NCBI GenBank assembly: GCA_965277285.1
Contig: OZ255721.1
Span: 3,168,001 to 3,232,000 of the forward strand
Reading direction: 5' to 3'
Origin: Abditibacteriaceae bacterium
Lineage (GTDB): Bacteria > Armatimonadota > Abditibacteriia > Abditibacteriales > Abditibacteriaceae
DNA: 64,000 bases
Positions 60,419-64,000 of the stretch are shown one piece after another. The translations under genes were made by a program, and so were the position numbers. Under the pieces are notes generated by a model that searched no databases, was not told the origin of the DNA, and worked only from the letters and a program-made list of their open reading frames with translations. Position 1 is the stretch's first letter, and each line of letters starts with the position of its first letter.

Positions 60419-61109
60419 AAAGTTTGCTGGTGGCCGTATTGTTCTGCGCATATTGCACGAAACGGCGCACTTTCTCCGCGTCCTTGACGCCTTTTTTTGC
60501 TTCCACTCCACTTACCACATCGACCATCCACGGGCGCACAAAACCAATTGCTTCCTGCACATTTTCTGGCGAAAGTCCGCCCGTCAAAATCACGTGCAAG
60601 CCGCTTGCACGAAGTTCTCGCGCCAACTCCCAATCGCTCAGTTCGCCCGTTCCGCCATAAATAATCTCGTTGCCGTTTGTCGTGCGCGCATCCAGCAAAA
60701 CCGCTTGCGCGCCCGCTTTAGTCATTTTGAGTGCGCGTTGACGAACAATTTCGCGCTCGCCCGAACATGCTGCCCAAACTGTAATTTTCCGCGAAACAAG
60801 TTCTCTCACTAATTGAGGTTCTTCGTCGCCATGCAATTGCAATGCGAAAGGCCGCAACGTTTGGTCGATTTTGAGCAATTCGTCCAGCGTTTTATTGACC
60901 GTGACGGCGACAATCGGAGTTTGGCTGGCCAAGAAAATCGCGCGCGCTGTTACCAAATCGACACTGCGCGGCGACGGCGAATGTTCGACAATGACGCCCA
61001 GAAAATCGGCGCCCGCATTTTGCGCGAGTTGCGCGTCTTGGATCGAAGTCGTGCCGCAGATTTTGACCAGCGGACGTTCGAGTACTCGATTATCAGGCAA
61101 AGTGTTCAT
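60408..61109 (-). CDS. trpF: Phosphoribosylanthranilate isomerase
   Basis: VKICG, QLHGDE, GGTG, GGLSPENV, VDVVSGVE. Confidence 0.95.
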   Translation of the reverse strand: MNTLPDNRVLERPLVKICGTTSIQDAQLAQNAGADFLGVIVEHSPSPRSVDLVTARAIFLASQTPIVAVTVNKTLDELLKIDQTLRPFALQLHGDEEPQLVRELVSRKITVWAACSGEREIVRQRALKMTKAGAQAVLLDARTTNGNEIIYGGTGELSDWELARELRASGLHVILTGGLSPENVQEAIGFVRPWMVDVVSGVEAKKGVKDAEKVRRFVQYAQNNTATSKLYGE

Positions 61110-61131
61110 CGGAAAATGCGAGGAGATGATT

Positions 61132-61199
61132 AACGAACCCGAAGCGTGAGCGAGGGAGATGGTGGGAGTTAGCTCCCTCTCTCACGCTTCGGGTTCGTT
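61132..61199. repeat. REP family B copy
   Basis: AACGAACCCGAAGCGTGAG...CTCACGCTTCGGGTTCGTT. Confidence 0.8.
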
Positions 61200-61274
61200 G
61201 TCGAAACAAGCTGGCAAGAAGATAAAAGCGCCACGATTCGTTCGCAGCGCTTTTGATTTTACGTCACTCGTTCT

Positions 61275-61736
61275 TTATTTACTGTGCGCTTTGGCATACG
61301 CGCTCTGCAAAAATTGGACGGTTCCTTTCGCGTCGCGGAAACCCAGAAAGGCGGAACTCATCGTTCCATTTGGTTTCAGAACTGCGACAACTGGCAACGA
61401 AGAAACACGATATTTTTTAGCCGTCGCCGTGTCTTTGTCGGTGTCAACTTTGACGGCGACAAACTTGCGCGATTCACGAATCACGTTCGCATCGGTATAA
61501 GTGCGCGTGTCCAACGCTTTGCAGTTGGTGCACCAATCTGCCGTAAAATCGACCAAAATTGGCTTGCCAGTTCGTCGCGCTTCCGCTTGCGCTGCAGTAA
61601 AAGAAGTGCGCCAGGCGATTCGAGTACTCGATTTCGCAGGCGCGCTCGTTTTCGCAACCGATAAGTCTTCATCGGAAATCAACGCTGTTACCGCCAGCGC
61701 TGCCAATGCAAACGGCACAATCTTCATCCATTTCAT
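61275..61736 (-). CDS. Exported thioredoxin-family protein
   Basis: Signal peptide; KPILVDFTADWCTNC. Confidence 0.9.
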   Translation of the reverse strand: MKWMKIVPFALAALAVTALISDEDLSVAKTSAPAKSSTRIAWRTSFTAAQAEARRTGKPILVDFTADWCTNCKALDTRTYTDANVIRESRKFVAVKVDTDKDTATAKKYRVSSLPVVAVLKPNGTMSSAFLGFRDAKGTVQFLQSAYAKAHSK

Positions 61737-61784
61737 AATGTTTCCTCGCTTAACAACGTTAAAAGGGAACAGCTTGTCAACGTT

Positions 61785-62357
61785 TCAGCCGTTGAAACGG
61801 TTCATCGCATTTATCAAACCTTCGCGTACGAAAACTTCCACGCAATCCGCCGCGCGCGTGATACCATCTTGAACTAAAGGAATTTCGTCCGGCGAAAACG
61901 GGCTGAGCACGAAATCTGCTGTTCCGCGTTGTTGACGTTCTTCTTCTGAAGGCGCGCCGACGCCGAAACGCAAGCGCGCGTAATTTTGCGAACCCAAGTT
62001 CTGCGCGACCGATTTTAAGCCGTTTTGTCCGCCATCGCTGCCGCCAGGACGAAGGCGCAATTTTCCAGTCGGCAAATTCAAATCGTCGCAAATGACCAAT
62101 AAATTCGGCAACTCGATTTTGTTGTAGCGAAGCAACGCACCAATGGCGCGTCCCGATTCGTTCATAAAGGTTTGCGGTTTGGCCACAAGTACGCGATGTT
62201 CATCAATTTGCGTTGTCGCCGTCATCGCTTCGTGCGCGCGTTTTGCCAGTTCAATGTTCCAGCGGCGCGACAATTCATCCAACACCATCCAGCCGATGTT
62301 GTGACGCGTGCGCGCGTATCGCGCGCCCGGATTGCCCAAACCTGCGATCAGAAACAT
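61785..62357 (-). CDS. pth: Peptidyl-tRNA hydrolase
   Basis: GLGNPG..Y..TRHNIG, KPQTFMNESG, GGQNGLKS. Confidence 0.97.
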   Translation of the reverse strand: MFLIAGLGNPGARYARTRHNIGWMVLDELSRRWNIELAKRAHEAMTATTQIDEHRVLVAKPQTFMNESGRAIGALLRYNKIELPNLLVICDDLNLPTGKLRLRPGGSDGGQNGLKSVAQNLGSQNYARLRFGVGAPSEEERQQRGTADFVLSPFSPDEIPLVQDGITRAADCVEVFVREGLINAMNRFNG

Positions 62358-62369
62358 GAGAGAATAAAA

Positions 62370-62451
62370 GAACCCTGAGCGTCAGCGACAGGCTACGCGT
62401 AACAAGATGGTGTGATTTTTACGCGTAGCCCGTTGCTGACGCTGCGGGTTC
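62370..62451. repeat. REP family B copy
   Basis: GAACCCTGAGCGTCAGCGACAGGCTACGCGTAA...TTACGCGTAGCCCGTTGCTGACGCTGCGGGTTC. Confidence 0.8.
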
Positions 62452-62517
62452 GTTGATTAACGGCAAACGGGAACCGAGTATTCGAGTACTCGATTCCCGT
62501 TGAACTGTGCGACAAAA

Positions 62518-63228
62518 TTACGCTTTGCCAGGCTTTTCGCCAGTATCGCTCTTGTTGCCGGTCGTTTTGTCTTCTTTGCCAGCTTCGGAATTCATTTCCG
62601 GGTTGACAGCGGCGGCTTCGGCTTCGGCGATTTGTTCCGCCGTCATCGTTTCCTCGACAATCGGCTCGACATCCGGCGCATTGACGACCGCGACAGGCGT
62701 TTCGCCATCGGTCACGATTTCAATGTTGGCGGGAACGCTAATTTCGCTGACGTGAATCGGCGCGCCGTTGAATTCCAGATGCGAAACATCGACTGTGATG
62801 TGTTCTGGCAAGTCTTGCGGAAACGCTTTGATGTCGATGTGTTGCAGCGCTTGCACCAAAATGCCGCCGTCCATTTTGACGCCGACCGGCTCGCCTTCGA
62901 GCACCAACGGAATCGACGCCGCAATTTTTTCGTTGAGCGCAACGCGTAGAAAATCGACCGAATACGCTGCGTGCGTCGCCGGATGACGATGCACGCTTTT
63001 GATGATCGCTGGCAAATCGGGCTGACCTTCAATCTTCAAGTTCAGCAAGCCATGACCGTGACCGTGCGCCAACAAATCGCGCAATTCTTTGGCGTTCAAA
63101 GACAATTTGACCGGCGCTTCGCCGTGTCCGTAAGCCACAGCCGGAACGCGTCCCGTGCGGCGCATGCGTCCCGCTTCTTCTTTTCCTGTCGTGTCGCGTG
63201 TTGCGACCTGCAAATCAAACGATGCCAT
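62518..63228 (-). CDS. rplY: 50S ribosomal protein L25 / general stress protein Ctc
   Basis: RRTGRVPAVAYG, VDFLRV, GVKMDGG, C-terminal TL5 domain; prs-rplY-pth synteny. Confidence 0.95.
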   Translation of the reverse strand: MASFDLQVATRDTTGKEEAGRMRRTGRVPAVAYGHGEAPVKLSLNAKELRDLLAHGHGHGLLNLKIEGQPDLPAIIKSVHRHPATHAAYSVDFLRVALNEKIAASIPLVLEGEPVGVKMDGGILVQALQHIDIKAFPQDLPEHITVDVSHLEFNGAPIHVSEISVPANIEIVTDGETPVAVVNAPDVEPIVEETMTAEQIAEAEAAAVNPEMNSEAGKEDKTTGNKSDTGEKPGKA

Positions 63229-63329
63229 CTTCTTGTGTCCTCCATGCGCTATCGAGTACTCGATATTCGCTCGTGTTGTTGAATTATGTTCTCAACCGCT
63301 TTCTTGAGGTCGCGGTTGGGAAACTTCTT

Positions 63330-64000
63330 TTACCATTGAGTTTCAAACATTGTGCTCACCGAATCATCGGTGTGAATGCGCGCGATCGCTTCAGCGCAGA
63401 CTTTGGCCACGCTAAGCGTCGTGATTTTGGAAATCATGCGTTCGGGCGCAATCGGAATTGTGTCCGTTACAATCAGTTCCTTAATCGCCGAATCCTGGAT
63501 GCGACGAATCGCGTCGCCGCTGAGAACCGGATGCGTGCACGCTGCATAAATTTCTTTCGCGCCACGGTCGCCCAACTCGTTCGCCGCCGCCGTGATGCTG
63601 CCGCCGGAATCGATCAGGTCGTCGATCAAGACGCAAATCTGGTTTTCAACATCGCCAATCACATCGACAATTTTGACTTTGCCGGGTTCGGGACGGCGCT
63701 TGGCGACAATCGCTAAATCGGCGCCCAGACGTTCGGCCAAAAGTGTCGCGCGTTCCACTCCGCCCACGTCCGGCGACACGACCGTCACGCCTTTATCGTA
63801 GATTTTGTTGGAAATTAGATATTCTGCGATAATCGGCTGCGCTGGCAAATGATCGACGGGAATGTTGAAAAACCCCTGAATCTGTCCAGCGTGCAAATCA
63901 ATGGCGAAAATGCGATCGGCGCCCGAAAGCGTGATCAAATCGGCAACGAGTTTGGCGGTGATCGGTTCGCGCGGACGCACTTTTTTGTCTTGTCGCGCAT
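63330..64000 (-). CDS. prs: Ribose-phosphate pyrophosphokinase (5' part outside the window)
   Basis: DLHAGQIQGFF, VSPDVGG, DDLIDSGGS PRPP motif. Confidence 0.97.
   Translation of the reverse strand, partial: ARQDKKVRPREPITAKLVADLITLSGADRIFAIDLHAGQIQGFFNIPVDHLPAQPIIAEYLISNKIYDKGVTVVSPDVGGVERATLLAERLGADLAIVAKRRPEPGKVKIVDVIGDVENQICVLIDDLIDSGGSITAAANELGDRGAKEIYAACTHPVLSGDAIRRIQDSAIKELIVTDTIPIAPERMISKITTLSVAKVCAEAIARIHTDDSVSTMFETQW

Larger units (their letters stand above)
1589..63263. repeat. Dispersed highly iterated palindrome TCGAGTACTCGA (46 perfect and 24 one-mismatch copies by manual count)
   Basis: Perfect copies start at 1589, 2635, 4087, 4411, 7682, 8066, 8606, 9697, 11048, 11923, 14531, 16742, 17396, 20064, 21218, 22645, 23432, 24424, 25079, 25479, 26574, 27805, 30069, 30804, 33262, 34027, 36405, 37074, 37657, 38773, 39712, 40513, 45813, 47127, 47579, 48425, 50153, 51631, 52117, 54836, 56535, 60067, 61078, 61620, 62482, 63252. 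Confidence 0.97.

Noticed and set aside
1589..63263. Palindrome as CRISPR repeat, integron attC, parS or IS end
   Set aside because: Too short, no conserved flanks, no integrase or transposase nearby, no match to the parS consensus, and frequent inside conserved CDSs.
368..63801. Many long antisense or alternate-frame ORFs (e.g. 368-1483, 4334-5389, 6355-7668, 27236-28465, 57486-58610)
   Set aside because: They shadow well-supported genes in GC-rich DNA and show no recognisable motifs.

Overview
Bacterial chromosomal window of mostly housekeeping genes. It holds the end of a Tad pilus cluster (cpaF-tadB-tadC), glyA, queA, tRNA-Ser x2-large SRP RNA-dnaX-ybaB-recR, pdxS, a PPi-type PEP carboxykinase, a split MprF-like locus, three tandem secretins, a tRNA-rpmG-secE-nusG-rplKAJL cluster followed by a restriction-modification module instead of rpoB, ABC and RND transporters, and trpF, pth, rplY and prs. 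The host is diderm (secretins) and has an Alu-containing SRP RNA; an Armatimonadota/Abditibacteriota-like lineage is my inference only. The outstanding signal is non-genic: the 12-bp palindrome TCGAGTACTCGA, usually flanked as WTCGAGTACTCGAW. By manual count it has 46 perfect and 24 single-mismatch copies in 64 kb, about 1 per 0.9 kb. The copies are spaced much more evenly than random, usually one per intergenic gap, and are written into proteins in all three frames (SSTR, RVLD/E, EYS). It behaves like a HIP1/DUS/matS-class genome-wide signal, but I do not recognise this sequence from any described system. Several REP/MITE-like hairpin families, some nested, also populate the intergenic DNA. 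All counts and coordinates were made by eye and should be verified computationally.
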